Part shown: piece by piece, positions 13,858 to 26,600 of the stretch
Layout of the letters: every line of letters starts with the position of its first letter
How positions within the stretch are numbered: position 1 is the first letter of the stretch
Assembly (NCBI RefSeq): GCF_037042905.1
Contig: NC_087251.1
Coordinates: forward strand, 16,432,001-16,496,000
Length of the DNA stretch: 64,000 nt
Direction: 5' to 3'
Source of the DNA: Lytechinus pictus
Lineage: Eukaryota
Notes under the pieces: generated by a model
Databases searched by the model: none
The model's input: the letters and a program-made list of their open reading frames with translations, nothing else
Told to the model about the DNA's origin: nothing
Made by a program: the position numbers and the translations under genes

Positions 13858-14463
13858 CTACAAGAAGAAAAATAGAAATACACATATGGAAGACAATCAT
13901 TGTGTTTTTATATCTTATTGCAACTTGACTGTACACAATGTTATAAAGGCCCCCTATGAGAACGGTATTCCACTTGTGGAAGGGGACCACCATATACAAA
14001 TAAAACATGCTGGTAATCACATTAAATATAAGAATGCAAATATAATGGCTACCTGTATCATATACTGTGCATGCAGCTAGGTTGATGCTAGAGTAGCAGG
14101 ACATGCCAAATATTGATATTACCACTAAATATGCAATATTTGAAATTCAATTTTATAAAATGGGTTTGTTTTTCTTCTAAAACTTTACCTTGAAGGTCAC
14201 TGTCTCAACTAGCAAAGAAGGGTTCATCTAATATACATGTATCATAATCAATAGCTCTTCCACACCAATATAGATCAAGCAACTCTGAAAACTAGTATCA
14301 TGAAAAATTTGAACAGTCACATGAAAAGCCACGGATAAAACACCGCTTCCAATTAATCGTAGTATGCACTCTCACAAAATATCTAGCTATTAAACACTTT
14401 ACACAACTATATTGGATACCTAAATATAATAAGCTGTCTAGCCTAGTCATGTAATTGACTTAC

Positions 14464-14623
14464 CTATTACACACATGATCAAACAGTAAGGACATATTCT
14501 GGAGGGATTCTTCCCCTAGCCTGGTGTTGTGGAAAGGACACCTTGTCTTCTGGAGGTCGACGGCTTGACCAAGTAAAGTATAGAGGCGACGGGGAGGTAG
14601 CATCACTGATGCCGGCAAGAAAG
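14464..14623 (-). CDS. WDR26: WDR26 coding exon 6
   Basis: ACCAG| 160 nt |[60 protein letters not shown]. Confidence 0.96.
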
Positions 14624-15093
14624 CTGGTCAAAAACAATAATGAAAATAGTAATAACAGTGGGTTCTTGTACTCTTATGTTCAGATACATCAGATATGACA
14701 CTTCTAGCACTCAACAAGTATTACCATACAGTAGCTTAAAACTAGCTGCCAAAGCATTTCTGGGAAAATAACAATATTTACAAACTGAAGATTTAAAGTA
14801 GATCTAAGATATTTGTGCCATCCATCAAGATACCCACTTCCATTAGGTCATAGAAGTATTAGTAGTAGCCGTGGTAGTCAAAATCAAGGTTAATATTTGG
14901 TTTAGTAAGAATCCCTGAACACAGGGTTGCCAGATTACCTTGAACTATTAAACAGAAAATTGTTTCTCCCTCTCCCTCCACTGAAATAATAGTCAACTGG
15001 GGGGGGGGGGGTGGCTAAAGTTGCCTCACAAAATTTGATACTTCTTCCTCTGCTGACCACTGAAATAATATATTCTTTAGTGTATATACTCAC

Positions 15094-15191
15094 ATTGAAG
15101 CTGCTCCATAAGTTTACCTCTGGATTCTGGTCCTTTACCAGCCCAGCTAGCTTTCTCTCTCAGCTCATCTTTATTGGAGCACATTAAGAAC
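15094..15191 (-). CDS. WDR26: WDR26 coding exon 5
   Basis: TATAG| 98 nt |GTGAGT; FLMCSNKDELREKASWAGKGPESRGKLMEQLQ. Confidence 0.96.
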
Positions 15192-15636
15192 CTATAATAC
15201 AAAACATAACATTTTTTTCTGTAATAAACAAAACATTCTAATGTGCCATCTGGAATCAATGTAATGTATATTTAGCCAATGTGGTCCAAAATGATTGGAT
15301 TTCCATACTCCAGTCATGCAAAGACTGATGGAAGACTCTCCTATCAGTTAAAATGAACACCACTATTAACCAAATTATAGATCCTGTTAAAACAAGAGCA
15401 CAGAATCAAAAACAGTAATATGGTCATTAATTATAATCACCCACAAAAGGCTGCATTGGAAAAAAATGTAACATGCTCAAAATGGTTTGTAAGTTATCCA
15501 TGACCAGTGACCCTTTCTAGTGCCAATGGAGAATGTGAGATATCACAACTATTTCTGTTTTAGCCCATGGGGAGGGCATTTCCGTGGACACTACTCAAAT
15601 TTGGAACAACATTGAATTTTCCTACAAACAGATGCC

Positions 15637-16900
15637 CAGAGCTGCCAACCATTACGTTTTTGCCGTAATCATTACGTTTTTTCATTCAAATTACGGCATT
15701 ATGGTTTTTCTTTTCAAATTACGTTTTTTGACAATTTTGATAATGTGTGTACATAATTGTATGTATGTGGAGTGCGTGTTGAGCCCACTGAACTAGAAAT
15801 ACGTATTTCTAGTTCAGTGGTTGAGCCCGAGATGAGCCTGGTATTTGCGCGTGCGTAGTCGCCCGCCGGCCGGTTTTCCAACGCACTTTAATAATTTGAT
15901 AGCGTGCACGTACATATACGTTAGTTGAATATGCGAGCGGCATGCATGGTACGAATCGCGATGTATAGCGACTGGTAAATACGTCTGTAAGGATGATGAC
16001 GTCATCCAAGATGGCAACTTACGATGACAAACGAAAGGATCGAGGATGATTATGTTTTGATCATCATTTGAAAGGAAATAACAGTAACTGCGGTCTAAGG
16101 TACGATATTTCTGAATTTTATATATTTTATCTTAAATTTGCATGTAATTTCTTTCCTATAAAGTGATGTTTTATGTACAAAAAAACGATCCGAAAATCAG
16201 ATTTCAGAATTTAGATCTAACGTTACTGCTAATACGTTGTCTTTACGCACGGGCCAACACTCTTCAGGTGATCGAGCCAACGTTTGTTCTTGCAGCGCAG
16301 AGCGAGGAGTACGATGAATTGGGTAGGGTAATTCCCAAATGTAGTAAGAGAAGAGTCCATTTGTAATGGAGGGGGATTTGGAGGTTTGAGGGAAATTATT
16401 ATTCCATTTGCAAAATTTTACAAAAATACTCATCATATATATTAAAGATTGAATCATCAAAAGATATTTTTCATATACTTTAAAATTAATTGTTGTGATA
16501 AAGAAATGAAATTTTGAGGCTATTTTCTTGAATTGATTAATATCAATTCCCTTCGGATAACGGTACTGTCTGGTTAATTTTCATCAACTCGTAATCGTAT
16601 CAAACACGATGAATTCGGCTTTGAAAAGACCTGGAAAGCTCTTCATTGTCCCTTGAAGTAATAATTCTGGGTGATTTTAACATTTATTGATAGTTTCACA
16701 TGATTTATACTAGAGAGATGTCCTACTGCCTTTGGAATTCATTAAAAAAGTCGGCACTTTAGCATTCAGTTTAGCAGGAATGGGAAGATTTCTTCCCCGG
16801 TTCTGGCGGCCTAGATGTCTGCTCTATAGTGCCGTCACTGCTGGGGATGATTGAGTGTGCGTGCAGTGTGATTGAGGCTGAGCTGTGCACATCGTGAAGT
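15637..16900 (+). mobile_element. Truncated hAT-like transposon end with CpG-rich interior
   Basis: Starts CAGAGCTGCCAACC followed by repeated ATTACG motifs; no matching right end or TSD found; right boundary approximate. Confidence 0.45.
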
Positions 16901-18089
16901 GATTTACGATGGGACTTTTGTGGAATGATTTCAACTTCTTATCTATAGATCTATTTGAATTTTAGATTAGATTGATTTATGAATAATTTTTCTATATTTG
17001 TGGAATGTTACATGTACACTTCCATTTTACGACACTTTAATTTTAAAGGGTACTGTTTGGCAAAAACAATGTTACTTGGGAAGAGAAGTCTGAATTGATG
17101 TCAACTTTTTTTTTTTTTTTTTCTCTTAGTCTACAATTTGGTAGTTTTGTCAGGAAACTCAACATAAAACAATTAATTATTTTAGAAGTGGAAAGGAAGC
17201 CCCAGAAAAATGGGGCCCTAAAAATGTTCACCAGAACTGATTTTGGTGCCCCTGAAAGAATTTTTTCTCGACAGATCTTCACTTTGATAAGTGCCGGAGT
17301 AGGTTGCACTACAAAATGAAAGGCCTACTTGTCATTTTTAGAAAAATTTGCCTAGGTGCCCATTTGACTAGAATAAAAGTGGCCTTCATGTCCTTTAGAA
17401 TGGCCTTGATACCCCTTGAAATTTTGGGGCATCCAAGGCCACTTTGCCGGTTGCCCCAAGCTGAAAGTGCCCATTTGAAAATGGCCTTGCCCCTCTCAAT
17501 TCTTAATTCAAGCCCTGCTACTGACTTAATTAAAATAAGGGTCCAATTTGTAATAAATAATAATAATAATACAAAACATTTATAGGGCGCTTAATACGGG
17601 CGTTTCTAAGCGCACTGTGTTCTGAATTTTACTTTACATGGGGGAAACAAATATTAAATGGGCATATTAACACAAGGTGTGACACTCCGTTACTTAGCCC
17701 AGACTAGGCCTAGAGATTAACTTTTTTTAAATTGTTCACTGCATACATACTTTTTGCATTGGATGTTTGTCGCATGTCGTTTTAAGGTTCGTTTTAACAC
17801 ATTCCTTTTTTTTGTTGGAAATTCCTTTTTTTGGCCATAATGATTCCTTTTTTTGCTTGCACAAGGTTGGCAGCTCTGGTCATGCCTATTTAAAAAGGAA
17901 GGATGATAATCTAAAAACTTTACCTGATGGAAATTAAAATGATTGTGAATCTGATTTAGCACCAATCGATTAACTTTAACTACACTCAAATGTATACTTT
18001 CTGTTGTACCTATCAGACAAACATTCAATTGCAAATTTGTAATTAATAAAAACTGAGTTTATGATGGTCTACAATTAATTTGCAATAGA

Positions 18090-18285
18090 GGAGGTGCGAT
18101 AGCTCAGTCGGTAGAGCGGGAGTTTTAGATTCAGGTGACCCGGATTTGATTCCAACTTGGTGCGCTAGTGCCCTTTGGTAAGGCATTAATCGTCATTACC
18201 AGGTCCCTCGGAGAGGACCTTAAGACGTTGAATCCTCTGGTTGCTTGCTTACAAGCATTCATGCTTTCTTAGCAATCAGGTACAC
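18090..18285 (+). mobile_element. tRNA-derived SINE (second family)
   Basis: A box TAGCTCAGTCGG, decayed B box GATTTGATTCC, then non-tRNA body. Confidence 0.75.
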
Positions 18286-18358
18286 AATCACTCCCATTTA
18301 CTATTTTACCATTTTTAACATCCCATAAGTTTATGACTAGCAGCGTTCTTGAACTCAC

Positions 18359-18495
18359 CCGCTAAGTACATGGACCCGATCTGTATTATATTTGAGTGGA
18401 GTGAGTTCCTTCCGGAGGCAGTCTAATGCTTCGATGATGGACCCATCCTCAAGAAGTTCCAGGAACTTCTGCTCTAAGATCAGGAACCTCATCTT
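18359..18495 (-). CDS. WDR26: WDR26 coding exon 4 (CTLH)
   Basis: TTGCAG| 137 nt |[52 protein letters not shown]. Confidence 0.96.
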
Positions 18496-19189
18496 CTGCA
18501 AGTGGGGAAAAATGATATTAATGCATGTCTTACCTTAAAAAGAATGAATGGATTACATTCAGAGAGATCTGGAAAACTCAGGTAGTAGACTCCCATCAAA
18601 GGAATATTATTTTGAAGGTTACAAAATATACTATACATGTACATGTACATGTACACATTCAATAGAAGAGAAACAGAGATATAATCTTTATCCATGATAA
18701 ATAACAAACTCGGAGAGCAGGGCAAAGATCTTGTTGGAGCTGAAGTAACGTGGGTCCCATAACATAAAGGTTGATTTTTACGATTGATTGTACATTGTAG
18801 TCAATGCAGTCAATGCAATCAATCATAAATTATTTTTCTATAATGATTATTAAGCTTTGTGCTCTGGGCCCCAGAAGGCATCAATGTGACAATCTTCCAT
18901 CAGGTTGAATTTATTTCATTTAAAATTACACCAACCAACCATCTAAAGCAAAATAATCTAGACTCATACTACACATGAGTTTACACTGTTTATCATGCTT
19001 AACCAAAATTGTGCAATTAAATATGTATGACACAGTCATGCTGAGGATAATGATGACATCATCATGGTCAGGTGCCCATGATTATTATACGTGAAGATAA
19101 TTTAAATGCAATAAAGTAGCACTTGCAGTTCTTTGAGTTGATACATGTATACTGATTTGCATGAATTACTGCAATTTTCTTTTCTTTAA

Positions 19190-19773
19190 AGGAGAATGAA
19201 ACTCTTGGAGCAAGTTAGCTTTTGTGAAAGCAGAAAAATCAAAGAATAAGATCAACAAAAGTTTGAGTAAAATAGGACTAGCAATAGAAGAGTTATGAGC
19301 ATTTGAATGTCGAGATCCCTAATGCTATGGAGATCCTCATATTGGCAATGCGACCAAGATCTATGATGTCACAGATGAACAACTCTCCCCTTTTGGATAC
19401 TGAAAATATACCCCAAAACATCTCTTTTTGCTCATTCTAATCATATGACAAATGATTCATCAATTATATAATGTTGTGAAACCTCTGTACTTGTCCTCTC
19501 ATAAAGAGAACACCTCACCTTGTGATAGACTCTATAAAAGTGAGAATATAAGTGAAATAAGTACTAAAGTAATGAGGGAGTTGTACGTGTGTGACATCAC
19601 AGATCATGGTCGCATTGCCAATTGGAGGATCTACATGGCATTAGTGATCTCAATATTCAAATGCTCATAACTTTTTTATTATTCATTCAATCTTCCTCAA
19701 ACTTTCAACAATATCTTTCTTTGATTTTTCTCTTTGATATGGATTCGGCTGGTTTCAAGGGTTTCATTCTCCT
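19190..19773. mobile_element. Kolobok-like palindromic MITE
   Basis: TTAA at 19186-19189 and 19774-19777; TIR AGGAGAATGAAAC; long imperfect internal inverted arms. Confidence 0.88.
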
Positions 19774-20228
19774 TTAAAGACTAAAATAACTCTTTCAGAT
19801 TTGAAAAGAAAAAATTAAAATTTGATTTCATCTCAAATATCGTAATAAAAAAATATCAACAGGAAGCATATTCTAATAGTAAAAATCTGTGCTGATAATT
19901 TCAATTCCTTGTAAAAATATCATACTAATATTTTTTAATACAGTACTAAAAATTGTGTTGACTTACAAGTGTTTAATACATGTAGCTTATAAAGACATTT
20001 ATCTAAATGTCTTAAATTGTAATATCTATGGGATGTATTTTAAAATAGTGAGAATCTGAGCATACTAAATGATTGATTCCTATAATCACAATCATTGTCA
20101 TTTTTCACTTTAACATATCCCGATTATGGAGAACTATGTACATTCAGATTTGACTATCTACATCTATCTTTTCTTTATACCCTAAACATGTGTCCCTTGA
20201 AGAACTAATTAGAGGTTACAATGATTAC

Positions 20229-20285
20229 CTTAGCACCCTGTGGGCATTCCATTAGTGACTTCAACTCATCAAGATCCTCATCAGC
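20229..20285 (-). CDS. WDR26: WDR26 coding exon 3
   Basis: TTTCTTGCAG| 57 nt |GTAATC; ADEDLDELKSLMECPQGAK (cf. vertebrate AENDLNELKPLV). Not in the ORF track. Confidence 0.92.
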
Positions 20286-22666
20286 CTGCAAGAAAAGAAA
20301 AGAAATACATGAATATAGTGCTACTGCACAGCAAAGAATGATTTCAAGTGATTACACCAACAAGAAATATCAACAAAAAGAGACAGTGATGAAAAAAAAG
20401 TTCATCTTATCATCTATCTGTGCAGCGATGTCACTGCACTATTGCTTGTTAGCAAATTCATGCCATCAGTGTTCTTGTTCACTTTTCACCATGCAGGTAT
20501 AACACTATCTCTCTCACTCTAATTTCATCACTGATTAAACAATCTCCACTTGCACGTTTCAAAGCAATTATTTCCTTCAGCTAATGCAATTCCTAAAGAG
20601 ATAAAATTATGATCCAGGAACATGTCTCTTGGAAGAGATTAATAATGAGTGTTTTCACTTTCCCAATAATTTACAGTACAATGTACATTTATATTCATTG
20701 CACAAAGAGGCAATCAAGTCATCTCAATTTTGTTTCTGCTTTCATCAAAACCAACTTGACATCAGGGTGAACTCCCCCTTTAAGGTAATATTAGCATTAG
20801 CTGCCTATAACAGACAGAGACCTATATGGAACTGGTGCTTCAAGCTCATACCAATTTATGAGTTTATATCCATCTTTAAATCCAATAAATAGACATCCAG
20901 ACAAAAGGGCTACACTTGCAAATCATTCAGGATTCTAAAAATAATGAGAGCTTTCTTTCTGCAATGAAAGAAGACACTATTGAGACTACATTCTAGATGT
21001 CTTTGAGTATTATATTTCTTGCTTAATCACAGTTTCTCTCAGAATATAAAAAAATATGCAAGGCAAGACAGCATGTTTTATAGGAAAAATACAAGCTTAT
21101 GATAAAACAAAACTGAACTTAATAGATACTATACCCGACATTTTCATTGATAATGAGGGTAGAGGTGGTGCTCTTTTTTTTATGGGGGGGGGGCACTAAC
21201 ACTGTTGACTATTTTTTCTACAGTTTTCCAAATTTTGCATTGTTTATCTTATTCATATACTGCATGCTTCTAATAATTATTTTATTTTTTGATGGATCAA
21301 AATAATCTTTGATAAATTCTAGCAAAACAATGTCTTGATGACAAGACTACTACATTGATAACCCATGATTTGGATAAATGGATGAAACTAATCGACAGTA
21401 AACCAGGGAAGGGAGATGCTTTCAATCATTGTGACAGAAAGCAGGCTTCAAATAAACCTGAAGAAATGGCATAACTGGCAATAAATGGCATTAGCCCTGT
21501 TCATATTAATAAGTTCCTCAATATTGCTGTTTTATTATTTTGCAAGAGAGAGAGAGAGAGAGAGAGCAATATACCTGGTCCACCGTCATGTGAATTTTAA
21601 GTTCAGTGTTGAAAGCTTCATGTCTAGTGTTTATTGTTCAGTGATGAAAGCTATTGCTGATATTCAGTTTTCAGTGAAAGTTGGTGTTCATGTGACACCA
21701 ACACTAAACAAAAAACTTAAATTGAAATGAGAATAGTGTTTGAATCATTATTATTCAGTGTTGAGCCAAGAATCCAAGACTATGGTGTCAGCAAATTGGA
21801 CTACAACACCCGAGTGAGAAAGACTGACTATAAATTATCCAGTGCAACAATGATACTGCAGTCTGAAATACTATATGATGGGTGTATCCTTATGAGGACC
21901 AATGAAAGCAGTGAATGATGTAGCTTTTCAACACATCAAACATGTCTGTCACTAAAAAAAGCATAGAATAAAATCTAGAGGGACAAGAATTTCAATGAAA
22001 GTCTCAAAACTACTTCTGTGCATACAAACAAAACAATGTTTTTTCCACCCAGAAAACATCAAACCACAAGGGGCATTTTGATTGATTTCCACCCAAAAGC
22101 ATAAATGCTAACTGTTCTAAAGCTATGAATCAAATATTGTTTCCAGGAATGAGAGAGTAAGAACATACATGTACACTAAAGAGAAACACAGTTCTAGCTC
22201 TGATATTGAAGAAGGTCTATTAAGAACAACCCTGTTTCTAATAACAACTGGAATTGAAAAAAATGTATCATTACAACAATTGAAGTACAATAACAAATCC
22301 CTCATCTTGCTTTCTTTGCTGATATAATTTCCACAACACTTAATTTGTATCATTATTATGTTGGATATTCGTCCATATTTTTTGTCTATACATGTACGTG
22401 TGTTGATTTAAGTATATTTTCATTAGTGTGTTTTATGAATTTCCAAAATGGACAACAAATCAACAAAAGTATGTCCCATCAGGAGCAAATCCAAAGCAAT
22501 ACATTTACATGTATCACCAACAGATATTTTTAATCCCAAGGAACTTGTTAGTAGAATGTACATTGTATGCACATTGATGTTTTTTTATCCTGTATGGCAG
22601 TTACAAACCAATATATACTGTAGGGAAAAGTTAAACCTCTTGCTGAATAAGCCAATGAGAGTTTAA

Positions 22667-23601
22667 GGACGTTCCACAGTTAAAGTGAAATCCATGTCAT
22701 TTTCACCAAACTTTGCACATAGATACTTTAGAACCTTAATATTCGAAATATGCAAAAATTAACATAGGTCCATGTGCTTGATTTTTTGCTATAGCGCTTC
22801 AAAGTTCACCCAAATTGATGTTCTTAAAAATTGCGCATTCAAAAGAATTTGGCATTTTTAGACCGCCCAAGATTACTACAATGAGTTTAAACCTCTATTA
22901 CTCAGTCAAAATACATGAAAAAGTCATCAAATTTCGCAAGAGAGTTAATAATTGTATCGTTAGAATGGAGAATCTATTTATAGTGCTATTTGTTTGCAAT
23001 TTTAAGTTTAACAGCTCTGTCAGTTCTTAAAAAAGGCGTAAACGATAACAAAATCCCAATCTGAAAAATTTAAAATTTCAGTAACAAACTACAAACGTAC
23101 AATAAATGCTGCACTTTATTCAAAATCCATGTCATTTTCACCAAAATTTGCAGAGTTGTAGAGGAAGGTATACCTAAGAGGTACAAACATTGAAAAATAG
23201 GGGTTCATGTGCTTGTTTTTAAACTATCAGCATTTTTATTAGAGCAAATGGGCTTTTTAAAACACCAAAAATGCGCCGAATGCTTTGTATCTATGTGAAG
23301 AAAAAAATCAAAATCACTCTACCATTTATTCAAACTCGGGGTAATATCCGTGATTCTTGGCAGCAATGCAGAGTAAAGTATTTTGAAATTGTATAATTTT
23401 TTTTTCAATGGTCCATGGAATAATTCAATTTTTTAGCTTCATGAAATAACGCATCGGATCTGCAGTTAAAGTGCAGAAGATGAGAAAAATCAGCTCATAC
23501 CCGCAGCTAATTAATCACTTGTTCATCCATTGTGACGTCAGCGCGCAGAGTGTAAACTATGCGCAGATCATAATGCGCACAAACATAACTGTGGAACGTC
23601 C
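22667..23601. mobile_element. Kolobok-like MITE
   Basis: 16-bp perfect TIR GGACGTTCCACAGTTA; TTAA at 22663-22666 and 23602-23605. Confidence 0.9.
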
Positions 23602-26600
23602 TTAATTGGGGATATTTTGTACAGAGGGAGTGGTGAAGAAAGTAGATAAAATAATGAAGCAAGAATGTAATAAAGGCCATGCCATTGGCCCTACATACTA
23701 ATAAATAGTTGATAGAGGAATGGGTCAGTGTTCTTTCTAGAATCTCTATATGAAAATCGTCATGAGAGTAACTGATTTCCTCATAATATCAATAAACAAT
23801 CATTCAATATTTTCTCCTGATAAGCAAAAATAAGCAGACAAATTGTGTGATAGTGCATTAAAACATTCATGAATAGCAAAGATGTGAACACAAATCCACT
23901 CAGTGTATTATATTTCTTATTTTTATAGGTTATATGTTAACCGATTAAATTGCTTATTTATATTTCATTTCTAGGTATAATATTCAATTTCAAATTAAAA
24001 TTATATTTTCTATTTTCTTGATATCAATAAAATATCCATCAATGACTGTTTTTAAAAGAAGATCTGTCAACACAACACATTCATGATTCAATTTTTCTCA
24101 TGCAATTTTTTATGGACAAGGACAAGATTCATAGGCCTACTTCATCAAACAATTATAAATAGATACAATTGAAGCCAAAAGTATACACCCATGGAATTCA
24201 GTGAAATTTGTTCGCTTGCAAAACATTGTAAAATTACTATATCTTCAGAAATATAAATACTACCACAACAAATTTGGTATAAAATGAAAGAGCATATTCA
24301 CATGATTGGGATGACACTGTGATTAAAGTATATTTCAGGTGGAATTTTCTTTGAAAAAAAAGTAATATTTGTACCAAATGTATTCTATTGTTTGTTATTA
24401 TATTCTTAAACATCGTTTTATGGAAATATATAAATGTCAAACCTCTGATTTATATTACATTTTCGATCATGATATGTCACCACTGAACAACAAAAGTGTA
24501 ATCTGAAATGTTTGTGTTGAGAACTGGCTCAAATATAAAATGTTTTTTGTCAAGTTTTCACTTTTAATTTGTCTAAAATATGAAGATTTGGGGGGGGGGA
24601 ATGACACATAAAAATATTTTTCAGCTCCTAATGACAAAACAATCTGATTAAGGGGCATGACAGACTCATTTGTTTGATATCAAATTTGTCATGATAGCAC
24701 AAATATTTTAAAAGATACAGTAAATTTTATGATGTTTGGCAAGTGTCAACTTTTCTTTGAATTTCCTGGGTGTACATGTACATGTATGTAAACTTCTGGC
24801 CTCAACTGTATATTCCATCATAACTTTGGCATGTAGATGTATTTTCATTTCTTAAAAGCATTCAGTGGTTACTGGTAATATTCACAAAATAGTTTTTTTT
24901 TTCTAGTTCATGTACCACTGCTGACATACTATACATGTAATAGTGCTGTTGAACAAACAAAATAAGAGAATTTAAAATCACTTTGAAAATTGTAGCATGT
25001 AATCTTTAATTACACAGGGATACAATGTGTTTCACCTCAGTCTCAGAGTAGAATAATAAAACACAGCTGTCTCTCAAGATACAAACAGAGGCTCGTATTT
25101 GCATGAATTTTTGATGAAGCACGATCCACCTCAAACATGTTGCCAATTGAATGTCTCCACAGGTATGTCACATGCATGGAGGCAGAACATGAGTACCATG
25201 GTTGACATGTAACCTGATTCCCCATACAGGTAAATCATCATCAACTCTCGTTCCTAATGTTGTGTCGTGTCGCATTTACAAGCAATGGAAAGTGACCCAC
25301 ACAGTATTTGGCCCAATGAAGGCTTCATGTCTTGTACAGAATTTGTGAATTTTTAAAGCATGTACTGTATGTCATTAATTTACCATTCAGACAGACTTCA
25401 ATAAAGACATGCTCACAGTACGAATATCAGCGACACATCGCCATCAATATAATATGGATGTCATCAACTAAATAGGAATACAGAAATGTCACCATAATCA
25501 ACATTGTCTGAATGTCACATCGCATCTAACTCATTTCCAGTCACAGCTCATGCTAGACATACACGTAATAGTGCAATAAGCATCATTTCACAATGAATAT
25601 GAGAAGCATGTCATCATTTTCACAATGTAGGCCTACATTTTATGTGATGGATGAAAATCCACATGGAACTGAAGGTTTCAACCCCTGTTAAACCTAAGTT
25701 ACAGTGTACATACTGTTAATGCACACAACAAGGACAGAAAAATAAATTTCGGTATTTACAAGCATCAGTGAAGAGGTTCAATGAGAAAACAATTGATCTT
25801 CTTTATTGGAATCAGATTAATAAAGTTTTAGAAATACAAATTTAAAAACAATAATGAAATAACAAATCACAGGACGATTTAACAACTTATCAAAATAGCA
25901 AAATATAGAGCAATCACATAATCTATAGTACCTTTGTTTACTGTATGTCAAAACAAGGACAATGTTACCATCACTGGTCACATATTATTGATCACATATC
26001 ATTATACATTATGTTCATGTACGCATACTTAGAATGTTCATGTATCAGTGTTTTGAAGAAAGAAGGACAGAGAGGTCTCAGGGCCTCAAGCAGTCAAGGG
26101 ATTATGAAAAGGGCCTAGATACTGAAAGAGAGTGACTGGGAAGGGGAAAGGAGGGGGAGGGGTGTTCAGCATCAGTAGGAAGTGATAATGTGCAAGAGGA
26201 TGCTATCACATCCTTGTAACACCCAATGGCACAGTGATTTACAGACAAGATCTATCCAGGGATATATGATATCAAGTTCAAGAGTTCAAATGACCAACTG
26301 ACCCAACTCAACTGCTTGACTGCACTGAATGCATGCAGCCAAGCTATGAAGGATCAATAATTGACTTGGAGCTGTACTACATCACATGCATGCCTCAATG
26401 AGAAAATACACAGCAGCGAAGGGTAATTTGGCTCAGAAGAGACTGTCCGAAGGAGATTTTCCATAGCTGTATCTCTCAAATATGATCCCTTGCATGAAGC
26501 AATAACATACAAGCCAGGAAAAGAAATAAACTTACTGTACATTTTAAAGGTATATTGTATGATTGGTTGATCTCAGATTAGGGCAATGAATCAATTTTGA

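Noticed and set aside
15637..17517. Single hAT element from CAGAGCTGCC to CAAGCCCTG
   Set aside because: Termini match poorly and the flanks (CAGATGCC vs CTACTGAC) are not a TSD; probably two fragments.
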